From contig JBGTGT010000094.1 of assembly GCA_041746575.1 (NCBI GenBank), positions 1 to 42,317 on the forward strand: 42,317 bases of DNA. Reading direction: 5' to 3'. Source of the stretch: Microcystaceae cyanobacterium. GTDB taxonomy: Bacteria > Cyanobacteriota > Cyanobacteriia > Cyanobacteriales > Microcystaceae. The position numbers and the translations under genes are program-made. The notes below the pieces were generated by a model. The model made no database searches. It was not told where the DNA came from and was given only the letters and a program-made list of their open reading frames with translations. Below, one piece after another: positions 1 through 9,492 of this stretch; the first letter of the stretch is position 1, and the number at the start of each line of letters is the position of its first letter.

Positions 1-117
1 ACCTTTGTAGCCGATGGACAGTCGGTGATACTGCCTGTGGAGGAAGGTTGCTTGGGAACCCCGATGAAGCAGGAAAAACCAACCGCAAGGAAGGGAAGCC
101 AGCACCGTACCCGTTAG
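1..117 (+). CDS. tnpB: 3' end of IS200/IS605-family RNA-guided nuclease TnpB (partial, runs off window)
   Basis: Frame 1 reads TFVADGQSVILPVEEGCLGTPMKQEKPTARKGSQHRTR*. The G-x-S-V...P-V-E...P-x-K-Q-E tail is typical of TnpB C-termini that overlap the omegaRNA. Not in the ORF track. Confidence 0.75.
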   Translation, partial: TFVADGQSVILPVEEGCLGTPMKQEKPTARKGSQHRTR

Positions 118-140
118 GGTCGGTGTCTGGAGGATGTCAC
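1..140 (+). mobile_element. IS200/IS605-family right end / omegaRNA scaffold 3' part
   Basis: Subterminal hairpin CCAG-CACCG-t-ACCC-gtta-GGGT-CGGTG-t-CTGG (99-130) followed by AGGATGTCAC, ending in TCAC at 140, immediately after the TnpB-like tail. Confidence 0.75.
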
Positions 141-268
141 CGCTTAAAGCCATTTGCTCGGTACAATAGGTTAAGTTAACCTCTGGTAATCTTGATTCAT
201 ACAGCAGATACAGACTGCCCCTTAATTCAGTATAAGTAAAGATGGCATCGGAACGGCTTTCATTCTTC

Positions 269-793
269 ATGTTTTTTTGGAAACGATTGTTTAACAACTC
301 TGAACTGACTTCCTCTTCGGCATCGACCCCCTTCGATGGAGAATATTTAGAAGTGACTCATTCTGCTTTGGAAACTTCCCGCATTTTTTTTAGTGTAGAT
401 CGCAGTATTGATTTATATGAACTTGAAGAACTCTGTGATGCCGTAGGATGGGCGCGTCGTCCGTTGCGGAAAGTCAAAAAAGCACTAGAACACAGTTTTT
501 TGGTCGTTTCTCTTTGGGATGTGCGAGGGGCGCGTCGTCAGTTAGTGGGATTTGCTCGTGCTACTTCTGATCATGCCTTTAATGCTACGATTTGGGACGT
601 GGTGATTCATCCAAAATACCAGAAGTTAGGGTTGGGCAAAGCTTTGATGAAATATATGGTTCGTAAGCTGAAAAGTCAGGATATTAGCAATGTGACACTA
701 TTTGCCGATCCCCAAGTGATTGAATTTTATCGTCGTTTAGGCTTCGTTTTAGATCCTGAAGGCATTAAGGGAATGTTTTTATATCCCGATTAG
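269..793 (+). CDS. ycf52: GNAT N-acetyltransferase, Ycf52 family
   Basis: MFFWKRLF N-terminus, [31 protein letters not shown], and acetyl-CoA motif QKLGLG. ATG 269 preferred over 242. Confidence 0.88.
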   Translation: MFFWKRLFNNSELTSSSASTPFDGEYLEVTHSALETSRIFFSVDRSIDLYELEELCDAVGWARRPLRKVKKALEHSFLVVSLWDVRGARRQLVGFARATSDHAFNATIWDVVIHPKYQKLGLGKALMKYMVRKLKSQDISNVTLFADPQVIEFYRRLGFVLDPEGIKGMFLYPD

Positions 794-1004
794 CGGATGC
801 GACACTCAAATTAGAGCATTAAAAGAAGGCAAAAGGCAATTCCCCCTAGACGACTTGCATCCTTAGCATTTTCCCCAATTTTATTCCTTGTTCTCTCTCT
901 GATAGGGATTTCAACAAAATTTCTGATTTCATCCCAAGATTTAATATTAGAATGCTCTCAAAGCTCTCTTGGTTGACGATATTAATATTAGGATGACAAA
1001 AATA

Positions 1005-2063
1005 ATGGGAAACTCCAAGCGAACCCCTGTAGCGATTATTGGTGCATCAGGTTATGGCGGCGTGCAACTCGTCCGTCTTCTCTTAGAACACCCTAACGTG
1101 GAAATTGTTTATCTCGGCGGCGACAGTAGTGCCGGAAAGGCTTACACAGAACTCTATCCCCATCTTAGTCCTTGGATAGACCTGACGATTGAAGCTATTG
1201 ATTTGGATGTCGTTGCTGAGCGCGCAGAAGTCGTCTTTTTGGGGCTTCCCAACGGATTAGCCTGTGATATGGCGGCAAAATTGCTGGAAAAAGGCTGTAA
1301 AGTTCTCGATTTGTCTGCGGATTACCGCTTTAAAGATTTAGAAACCTATACGGCATGGTACAAAAAAGAGCGAACTGACTCAGAAACTGCCACCCAAGCG
1401 GTCTATGGCTTACCTGAATTATATCGTGAGGAAATTCAGTCAACCCGACTGGTGGGGTGTCCGGGCTGTTATCCCACGGCAAGCTTACTGGCTTTAGCCC
1501 CTTTGCTCAAAAATGGCTTTATTCTCTCAGAAACAATTATTATTGATGCAAAATCTGGTACATCGGGAGGGGGACGCCAAGGAAAAATCAATCTTTTATT
1601 GGCAGAAGCAGATGGTTCTTTTTGCGCCTACGGAGTAGCAAAACACCGACATACCCCAGAAATTGAGCAAATTTGTAGTAATTTAGCAGGTCATGAAGTT
1701 AGGGTTCAGTTTACACCCCATTTATTGCCGATGCCAAGGGGAATTCTCTCAACGGTTTATGCGACGCTACGAGATCCCGGCTTAGTAAGAGATGATTTAT
1801 TGACTATCTATAGTGCTTTTTACCGTTCTTCCGAGTTCGTCAAGATTTTACCCAATGGCATTTATCCTCAAACGAAATGGGCGACGGGGACGAATCTTTG
1901 TTATATTGGCATTGAAACTGACCCCCGTACTGATCGCGTGATCGTCATGTCAGCGATTGATAATTTACTCAAAGGACAGGCAGGGCAAGCGTTACAGTGT
2001 CTCAACTTAATGATGGGATGGCCAGAAACCTTGGGACTCCCTCAACTCTGTTTTTATCCATAA
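1005..2063 (+). CDS. argC: N-acetyl-gamma-glutamyl-phosphate reductase
   Basis: [41 protein letters not shown]. Start uncertain (ORF is open from 969). Confidence 0.96.
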   Translation: MGNSKRTPVAIIGASGYGGVQLVRLLLEHPNVEIVYLGGDSSAGKAYTELYPHLSPWIDLTIEAIDLDVVAERAEVVFLGLPNGLACDMAAKLLEKGCKVLDLSADYRFKDLETYTAWYKKERTDSETATQAVYGLPELYREEIQSTRLVGCPGCYPTASLLALAPLLKNGFILSETIIIDAKSGTSGGGRQGKINLLLAEADGSFCAYGVAKHRHTPEIEQICSNLAGHEVRVQFTPHLLPMPRGILSTVYATLRDPGLVRDDLLTIYSAFYRSSEFVKILPNGIYPQTKWATGTNLCYIGIETDPRTDRVIVMSAIDNLLKGQAGQALQCLNLMMGWPETLGLPQLCFYP

Positions 2064-2080
2064 ATTCAGGTGTCTTAAAA

Positions 2081-2110
2081 GGGATAGGTCGGATAAACTC
2101 TGCCTACCCC
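2081..2110. terminator. Imperfect hairpin between convergent argC and psb27
   Basis: GGGATAGGTCGGA-taaac-TCTGCCTACCCC imperfect inverted repeat in a 56-bp convergent gap. Confidence 0.35.
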
Positions 2111-2119
2111 CACTGAGCT

Positions 2120-2530
2120 TTATAATCCCCGTTCAACCGCATTGGCCGCTTGTTTGAGTTCTAATTCAAGGCGTTTTTTCAGTTTTTCCGGTAAAGGACG
2201 CACTCCATAAGAGGTATAGTAACCGGCAATCGCGTTCAAGGCCGTTTGCATTGTCGTAAAGGAACGGAGTCCGCCGGATTCGCCTTGACGACGGTAGCGA
2301 GAAATGTAGTCGCTAATCTGTTTACGGGCTAATTGTTGGACTTCTGACTTGTTTTCGGCATTATCTGCTAAATTCATGGCTGTGGTTAAGGTTTCGATCA
2401 CTGCTAAGGTATCGCTTTGATAATTACCCGTTAAGCCGGCTGTACTCGAAGAACAACCGACTAAGGTGATGACAGCTACTAAAATAAGGGCAAAAATGCG
2501 AGAAAGAGAGGATTTAATTAAAGACATCAT
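2120..2530 (-). CDS. psb27: Photosystem II assembly lipoprotein Psb27
   Basis: Lipobox LVGC, LTGNYQSDT, YISRYRR, SFTTMQTALNAIAGYY, RPLPEKLKKRL. Confidence 0.96.
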   Translation of the reverse strand: MMSLIKSSLSRIFALILVAVITLVGCSSSTAGLTGNYQSDTLAVIETLTTAMNLADNAENKSEVQQLARKQISDYISRYRRQGESGGLRSFTTMQTALNAIAGYYTSYGVRPLPEKLKKRLELELKQAANAVERGL

Positions 2531-2844
2531 TAAGGCTTCCGAAATAGGGTTGTGTCTGAATTTTTCCTATCCTATCAGGAATTGGTCATTAATCTCGAAA
2601 GCAAAGAAAGCATAAGGTCAATCGGTTAGGTGGGTAAAGACTCAGAAAGATTTTAAGATAGTTGATAATGGATATTAAATTTTTTCATTACTGATACCAA
2701 TTTGTTCGTTGTTTATGTTGATAATCTAATCGTTGATTAGTCACTTTAATTTTGAATTCTGTACATAAGTCACGGCTCACTGATAAAATGTTAAAAAGAG
2801 ATTCTGCAAGATGAGCGGAATCCTGATCAAGGAGGGTTAAGAGA

Positions 2845-3888
2845 TTGTCAAATTCATTGCGAGTCGCTATTTTAGGTGCAACGGGTGCGGTAGGAACAGA
2901 ATTATTAGACCTATTAGCAGAAAGAAAATTTCCCTTAAAAAGCTTAAAATTATTAGCATCAGAGCGTTCTGCTGGAAAAGAGATGGCTTTTCAGGGGCAA
3001 ACTCTCAAAATCGAAGCAATTAACGACAAATCCTTTCAAGATGTCGATTTAGTGCTAGCGTCTGCTGGCGGTTCAACCTCTAAAAGGTGGGCGCAAGCCA
3101 TTGTCGAGTCGGGTGCGGTTATGATTGACAATTCCAGCGCATTTCGCATGAATCCCGATGTTCCCCTCATTGTCCCCGAAATTAACCCCCAAGAGGCGAT
3201 AAATCATCGAGGAATCATCGCCAATCCCAATTGTACAACCATTTTACTAGGTGTCGCTATTTACCCCTTACATCAAATTCAACCGATTCAACGAATTGTC
3301 GTTTCCACCTATCAATCAGCGAGTGGAGCAGGTGCAAGGGCGATGGAAGAAGTTAAACTGCAATCTCAAGCAATTTTAGACGGAAAAGAAGCGATTTCCG
3401 AAATTCTACCCTATCCCTTAGCCTTCAATCTCTTTCCTCACAATTCCCCGATCACGGAAAGTTTCTATTGTGAAGAAGAGATGAAAATGGTCAACGAAAC
3501 CCGCAAAATATTCAATACTCCCAATCTACGGGTAACAGCAACCTGTGTTCGAGTTCCTGTCCTACGCGCTCATTCAGAAGCAGTCAATCTTGAATTTCAA
3601 ACCCCTTTTCCGGTCGACAAAGCGAAATCCATTCTGCAACAAGCAAACGGAGTAACCGTCGTTGAAGATTGGCAAGGCAACTATTTCCCCATGCCGATAG
3701 ATGCAACCGGTAAAGATGATGTTTTAGTGGGGCGCATTCGTCAAGATATCTCCCACCCTTGTAGCCTCGAATTATGGCTCTGTGGTGACCAAATCCGCAA
3801 GGGTGCTGCGCTTAATGCCATCCAAATTGCCGAATTACTGCATCAAAATCACTGGTTAAAACTCACAACGACCCCCGTATCGGTATAA
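2845..3888 (+). CDS. asd: Aspartate-semialdehyde dehydrogenase
   Basis: ILGATGAVG, IDNSSAFRM, IANPNCTT, YQSASGAG, DQIRKGAALNA. TTG start preceded by AAGGAGG. Confidence 0.97.
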   Translation: MSNSLRVAILGATGAVGTELLDLLAERKFPLKSLKLLASERSAGKEMAFQGQTLKIEAINDKSFQDVDLVLASAGGSTSKRWAQAIVESGAVMIDNSSAFRMNPDVPLIVPEINPQEAINHRGIIANPNCTTILLGVAIYPLHQIQPIQRIVVSTYQSASGAGARAMEEVKLQSQAILDGKEAISEILPYPLAFNLFPHNSPITESFYCEEEMKMVNETRKIFNTPNLRVTATCVRVPVLRAHSEAVNLEFQTPFPVDKAKSILQQANGVTVVEDWQGNYFPMPIDATGKDDVLVGRIRQDISHPCSLELWLCGDQIRKGAALNAIQIAELLHQNHWLKLTTTPVSV

Positions 3889-3920
3889 TGATAGAAACAA
3901 TGGAGTAAATTGTCAAATTC

Positions 3921-4805
3921 ATGAGTCAAGCCATTTTTGGACGGGTAATCACCGCCATGGTCACCCCCTTTGATGAAGCAGGAAACATTAACTATGCCGT
4001 TGCCGAAAAACTTGCCCTTCATCTGGTTGAACACGGCAGTGATGGTCTTGTGGTTTGCGGTACAACGGGAGAATCGCCGACTTTAACCTATGCTGAAGAA
4101 TACGAACTTTTTAAAGTCATTAAGAATATAATCGGAGATAAAGCCAAGATTATTGCTGGAAGCGGCTCAAATTGTACCAGAGATGCCATTAAAGCCACCC
4201 AAAAAGTCGCTGAATTAGGACTAGATGGTTCACTGCAAGTGGTTCCCTACTACAACAAGCCCCCCCAAGAAGGACTCTACGACCATTTTAAAGCGATCGC
4301 TCTGGCTTGCCCTTCTGTTCCTTTGATGCTGTACAATGTACCGGGACGAACCGGACAAAACTTACAAGCAAGTACAGTGGCGAAATTGGCTGAAATTCCG
4401 AATATTGTGGCGATCAAAGAAGCCAGTGGCAATCTAGACCAAGTGGGGCAAATTTGTCGCTCAACTCCTCCTGATTTTGCGATTTATTCAGGTGACGACG
4501 GACTGACATTACCCTTATTAGCCATTGGGAGTGTGGGTGTTGTGAGCGTGGCAAGTCACTTAGTCGGCCAGCAAATGAAAGAAATGATTCAATCGTTTGA
4601 GGCTGGAGATGTTAAACGGTCAAAAGAGATTCATTTACAGTTATTGCCTTTGTTTAATGTTATTTTTTGTACAACAAACCCCATTGCGATCAAAGCGGCC
4701 TTAGAATTACAGGGTTGGTCAGTTGGAGTCGGAAGACCCCCCTTATCTCAAATTACGCCCGAAGATAAAATGAAATTAGAATCGGTTCTTCAATCATTAT
4801 CTTGA
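3921..4805 (+). CDS. dapA: 4-hydroxy-tetrahydrodipicolinate synthase
   Basis: [17 protein letters not shown], and Schiff-base Lys in IKEASG; follows asd. Confidence 0.97.
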   Translation: MSQAIFGRVITAMVTPFDEAGNINYAVAEKLALHLVEHGSDGLVVCGTTGESPTLTYAEEYELFKVIKNIIGDKAKIIAGSGSNCTRDAIKATQKVAELGLDGSLQVVPYYNKPPQEGLYDHFKAIALACPSVPLMLYNVPGRTGQNLQASTVAKLAEIPNIVAIKEASGNLDQVGQICRSTPPDFAIYSGDDGLTLPLLAIGSVGVVSVASHLVGQQMKEMIQSFEAGDVKRSKEIHLQLLPLFNVIFCTTNPIAIKAALELQGWSVGVGRPPLSQITPEDKMKLESVLQSLS

Positions 4806-4932
4806 TCCGCCTCAAACATTATGTGTTAGGATCACAATGTTTAGTCTCGACAGAAAAAAGATTATCTTTATTCTATTTATTGATAATAAACGACGAAAAA
4901 ATAATTATTTATTTATAAGAATATGAAGAATA

Positions 4933-4941
4933 TGCTATAAT
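4933..4941 (+). promoter_or_regulatory. Candidate extended -10 promoter upstream of rnj
   Basis: TGcTATAAT matches TGnTATAAT, but in a very AT-rich region where chance matches are common. Confidence 0.35.
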
Positions 4942-5417
4942 TATTGAGGAAGTAAAAAAAACAAACTATTGGATTATTTCTGATAATTTAAAATCAACTC
5001 TCGCTACTTTATTAGAACGGAAAACGCTAGACTCAATTAACCTTCAATATTTATAAATAACTTGAAAAACGGCCGACAATAATACGATTTTTAAAATTAA
5101 AAAATCTATTTTGAACTTAAAATAAACAGCTCATCGTTCCTCAAAAATTCCTGATTATTTTTAAGAAGACTCCCTTTACAATTGGATACCTTAACCAATG
5201 CCGCTATCAATCTATTATCGTTGCTCCAGACTAAGGTTTAACAAGTTTCAATGCCTGAGCAATACTCTGCCCACAACCCATGATTTAAAATTGTGACCGA
5301 TTATTTTTCTGGCAATCTGCTCAAAAAAACAAAAAAATTCTGAGCAAATCGCTAAGATTAACTGTGTTCAAATATCAATGCAAAATACTCAATCAAACAA
5401 TTACTCCGAGGAGGAAA

Positions 5418-7250
5418 ATGAGTCAAGATCAAACGAAATCCATCCTAAAAATTATTCCGCTAGGGGGACTGCATGAAATCGGTAAAAACACTTGTATTTT
5501 CGAGTACGAAGATGAAATTTTACTCCTAGATGCAGGCATCGGTTTTCCCAGTGACAATATGCACGGCATTAACATCGTGCTACCCGATATGACTTATCTA
5601 CGGGAGAATCGCCACAAAATCAAAGGAATGATTGCCACCCACGGTCATGAAGATCATATTGGAGGGATTGCCTATCATCTTAAACAATTTGATATTCCGA
5701 TCATTCACGGGCCTCGTCTAGCGATCGCTCTATTACGGGATAAATTAGACGAAGCAGGAGTACTTGAACGCACCCAATTATCAACGGTCGGACCGAGAGA
5801 GATGGTTCGCATCGGCCAGCATTTTGTGGTGGAGTTTATACGTAATACCCACTCCATTTGTGACAGTTTCACCGTTGCTATTCATACCCCGATTGGGGTG
5901 GTCATTCACACCGGGGATTTCAAAGTAGATTACACCCCGATGGACAATGAACCCTTTGATTTTCAGCGACTGGCCGAACATGGCGAAAAAGGGGTGTTGT
6001 GCTTACTGAGCGATTCTACGAATGCAGAAGTGCCTGGACAAACCCCGTCGGAACGTTCTGTTTTGCCCAATTTAGATCGTATTTTTTACGGAAGCAAAGG
6101 CCGAATTATGCTGACGACCTTTGCCTCTTCAGTTCACCGTTTAAACATCGTGCTACAACTGGCGCAGAAATATCGCCGTAAAGTCGCTGTTGTGGGACGT
6201 TCGATGCTCAACTTAATCGCCCATTGTCGTAACCTAGGCTACCTGAAATATCCCGATAACTTATTTGTTCCCCTCAAAGCCATGCGCAATATTCCCAATG
6301 AGGAATTAGTGATCTTAACCACAGGGTCACAAGGGGAAACTTTTGCGGCAATGACTCGTATTTCGCGAGGAGAACACCCCCATATTGCCATCAAACCGGG
6401 TGATACAGTGGTTTTCTCAGCCAACCCTATTCCGGGGAACACCATTGCTGTAGTGAATACTATTGATCGCTTGATGATGCAAGGAGCAAACGTTATCTAC
6501 GGTCGTCATCACGGTATTCATGTATCGGGTCATGGAGCGCAGGAAGACCAAAAATTGATGCTAGCCCTGACTAAACCGAAATTCTTTGTGCCAGTGCATG
6601 GAGAACATCGAATGTTAGTCAAACACGCTCAAACCGCTCAGAGTGTGGGCGTTCCGGCAGAAAACATGGTGATTATCAATAACGGTGACGTGGTGGGCTT
6701 GTCGGAGGATAATATTGGCATTATTGATCAAGTTCCCTCTGGCATTGAATTGGTTGATCAGGCTGGCATCGTTCACAAGCATATCATGGAAGAAAGACAG
6801 CAATTGGCGCAGGATGGGGTCGTAATAGTCACGGGAATCGTGGATTATCAAGGAAAACTCCTAGCCACGCCTGAAATTCGTTTGAGAGGCTGTGTGACCA
6901 CCGTCGAGCGATCGCTGTTAAATCAGTTAGTTATTCGGGTGGTAGAACGCCTCCTAGAAGAACAATGGGAAGATTTTGCCGAGCCGACGCAGGGATATGC
7001 CAAGATTAACTGGTCAGGTTTACAAACTGAACTGGAAATGGCCATTCAACGCTTAATCCGGCGAGAATTACGCAGTGAACCCCTTGTGATGGTTTCTTTG
7101 CAAATCCCTGGCGTTGTTTTAGAGAATGACGAGACGGGAATTAACAATGACGAGGAGGATGGCACCGATGAAGGGAATTCTGTGAAAGCGTCACCCCGTC
7201 CCGTTAAAACCTATCGCAGACGGCGTTCTACTGCTTCTGCGCTTTCTTAA
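5418..7250 (+). CDS. rnj: Ribonuclease J
   Basis: LGGLHEIGKN, THGHEDHIG, HTGDFK, HVSGHG, PVHGEHR. ATG 5418 follows GAGGAGG. Acidic then Arg-rich C-terminal tail. Confidence 0.96.
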   Translation: MSQDQTKSILKIIPLGGLHEIGKNTCIFEYEDEILLLDAGIGFPSDNMHGINIVLPDMTYLRENRHKIKGMIATHGHEDHIGGIAYHLKQFDIPIIHGPRLAIALLRDKLDEAGVLERTQLSTVGPREMVRIGQHFVVEFIRNTHSICDSFTVAIHTPIGVVIHTGDFKVDYTPMDNEPFDFQRLAEHGEKGVLCLLSDSTNAEVPGQTPSERSVLPNLDRIFYGSKGRIMLTTFASSVHRLNIVLQLAQKYRRKVAVVGRSMLNLIAHCRNLGYLKYPDNLFVPLKAMRNIPNEELVILTTGSQGETFAAMTRISRGEHPHIAIKPGDTVVFSANPIPGNTIAVVNTIDRLMMQGANVIYGRHHGIHVSGHGAQEDQKLMLALTKPKFFVPVHGEHRMLVKHAQTAQSVGVPAENMVIINNGDVVGLSEDNIGIIDQVPSGIELVDQAGIVHKHIMEERQQLAQDGVVIVTGIVDYQGKLLATPEIRLRGCVTTVERSLLNQLVIRVVERLLEEQWEDFAEPTQGYAKINWSGLQTELEMAIQRLIRRELRSEPLVMVSLQIPGVVLENDETGINNDEEDGTDEGNSVKASPRPVKTYRRRRSTASALS

Positions 7251-7329
7251 TCCTTCCTGAGGGGAGGACAAAAAATCTGGGGAATTGGGGAACAGTAAAC
7301 CGTAATGCTGACTCTCCAATTTCTTCGAT

Positions 7330-9444
7330 TTAAACAGATTGACCTCTACTCACTAACAGAGGGGTAATCTGAGAAACCGATAAGGGGGGGGAAAACCAAT
7401 ACCCCTGTCCATAATGACATTGATGTTGTTGTAATAATTCCAATTGCTCGCACGTTTCAATTCCTTCTGCCACCACATCCAAATTCAACGTTTGTCCTAA
7501 ATTAATAATCGCTTTGACAATTTCGATGCTTTCGGTTGCCTTATTGAGATTGGCAATAAAAGATCGATCAATTTTTAGTATATCTACGGGGAAACGATGT
7601 AAATAACTCAAAGAAGAATAACCCGTGCCAAAATCATCGAGGGATAAACGAATGCCTAGATCTTTAAGTTGTTTCAAAATAGCAGTGGCCGCTTCAGGGT
7701 TGCGAATTAAAGCTGTTTCGGTGATTTCTAAAGTAAGATGGCCAGGCGGGAGTCCGATATCTTGCAGGATTTTGGCGATTTCTTGCTTAAGATTAGGGTG
7801 AAAACAAAAATCACTCGACAGATTGACACTCACTTTCTTTAACGAGATTTGCTGATTGAGGCTTAACCACGCTTTCATCTGACGCGCCGCTTCCTGTAGT
7901 ACCCAGCGATCAATATTGCTAATTAAGCCCGTTTCCTCAGCAATCGGGATGAAATGGGCAGGGAGGAGTAAATTCTGTTGCGGATGTTGCCAGCGAACTA
8001 AGGCTTCAACGCCTGTAATCTTCTCCGTCCTAAGATCTACAATGGGTTGATAATAAACGACCAATTCATTGCGTTCGATAGCCCCTCGCAGATCATGTTC
8101 TAGGCGGGAAACTGAGATCACTTGTTCGCCGATCGCCGGATCAAAAACTTCGTAACAGCCTCTGCCTTTTGCTTTGGCGCGATACATAGCAATATCGGCA
8201 TCCCTGACGACATCTTCTACCGATTCATAGCTCAGAGAACTTAAAACAACGCCAATACTGGTATTGGTAAAGATTTCTTGGCCGGCGATGTAAAAGGGAA
8301 CGCGAATGCTTTGACTGAGGCGTTGGGCGACTTGAATAGCTTCCTCAGGGGATTGTAAATGTTCAAGAATAATGGCAAATTCGTCTCCGCCAAACCGCGC
8401 CACCGTGTCAAGGGTACGAACCACTTGCTTAAAACGTTCTGCCACGGCAGTTAAGAGATAATCCCCTACTTGATGACCTAAGCTCTCATTAATCACTTTA
8501 AAACGATCTAAATCCAAGAAAAATACGGCAAATAGGTAATTAGGATTGCGTTTTACCCGTTCGAGGGCGTCAATCAGCCGTTCCATAAACCAAACGCGAT
8601 TGGGTAAATTAGTGAGGGAATCGTAAAAAGCTTGACGATGGAGTCTTTGGGTAACGATTTTGTGTTCTGTGATGTCGCGGAAAATTAAAACAGCCCCAAT
8701 ACAGTTGTTTCTGGTATCTTTTAGGGGAATCGTTCCTTTATGATTATTGATTGGAGCGGCACTGTCACCAATGGGAATTTCTTGCCCATCTTGGCGAATT
8801 AAGAGAGTATTGGGATCTAAACTCGTAATTTCCCCCGTTTTGATTGCTTTTGCCACAGGATTAGCTACGGATTGACGAGTCGTTTCATTAACGATTTTTA
8901 ACACGTCGGCAATCGGTTGTCCAATCGCTTCGACAAATGTCCATCCGGTTAGTTGTTCGGCTACTGGGTTAAGATAGGTAATCTGCTGATTGATATCGGT
9001 GGTAATGACACCATCTCCCACACTATGAAGAATCGTTGTCAGCCATTGTTCGTTATTAACTAATTTTTGTTGAATTTCGTATTTGTACAAAGCAATTTCA
9101 ATTGTAATACGCAATTCTCGTTCAGAAAAGGGTTTAATTAGGTAACCAAAAGGGGTGGTTAATTTTGCTCTTGCTAGCGTTTCTTCATCCCCATGTGCCG
9201 TTAGATAGACAATCGGAATATTGACCTGCTCGGTAATAAAAAAGGCGGCTTCAATCCCATCCATTTCCCCCAAAAGGCGAATATCCATTAAGATTAAATT
9301 GGGTTGCAAATTAATCGCAACTTGAATGGCTAATTCCCCCGAATCAGCAATGGCGACCACTTGATAACCCAATTCTTCTAAGGTCATTTGAATATCTTGG
9401 GCAACAATACTTTCATCTTCAACAATTAAAATCGTAGCAGTCAT
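7330..9444 (-). CDS. Response regulator with REC-PAS-GGDEF-EAL domains (diguanylate cyclase/phosphodiesterase)
   Basis: REC: IVEDE, LILMDIRL, YLTA, LIKPF. One PAS. RTLD I-site plus GGDEF. EAL, DDFGTGYSS, KIDRSF, AEGIE and GQGY are intact. Confidence 0.93.
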   Translation of the reverse strand: MTATILIVEDESIVAQDIQMTLEELGYQVVAIADSGELAIQVAINLQPNLILMDIRLLGEMDGIEAAFFITEQVNIPIVYLTAHGDEETLARAKLTTPFGYLIKPFSERELRITIEIALYKYEIQQKLVNNEQWLTTILHSVGDGVITTDINQQITYLNPVAEQLTGWTFVEAIGQPIADVLKIVNETTRQSVANPVAKAIKTGEITSLDPNTLLIRQDGQEIPIGDSAAPINNHKGTIPLKDTRNNCIGAVLIFRDITEHKIVTQRLHRQAFYDSLTNLPNRVWFMERLIDALERVKRNPNYLFAVFFLDLDRFKVINESLGHQVGDYLLTAVAERFKQVVRTLDTVARFGGDEFAIILEHLQSPEEAIQVAQRLSQSIRVPFYIAGQEIFTNTSIGVVLSSLSYESVEDVVRDADIAMYRAKAKGRGCYEVFDPAIGEQVISVSRLEHDLRGAIERNELVVYYQPIVDLRTEKITGVEALVRWQHPQQNLLLPAHFIPIAEETGLISNIDRWVLQEAARQMKAWLSLNQQISLKKVSVNLSSDFCFHPNLKQEIAKILQDIGLPPGHLTLEITETALIRNPEAATAILKQLKDLGIRLSLDDFGTGYSSLSYLHRFPVDILKIDRSFIANLNKATESIEIVKAIINLGQTLNLDVVAEGIETCEQLELLQQHQCHYGQGYWFSPPLSVSQITPLLVSRGQSV

Positions 9445-9492
9445 GAAGTTTCAAGATTAATTTTTACGAAGAACGGGAATAATTTATAATGA

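Noticed and set aside
4806..5417. Lysine riboswitch associated with asd/dapA
   Set aside because: The region is downstream of dapA and lacks recognisable L-box motifs.
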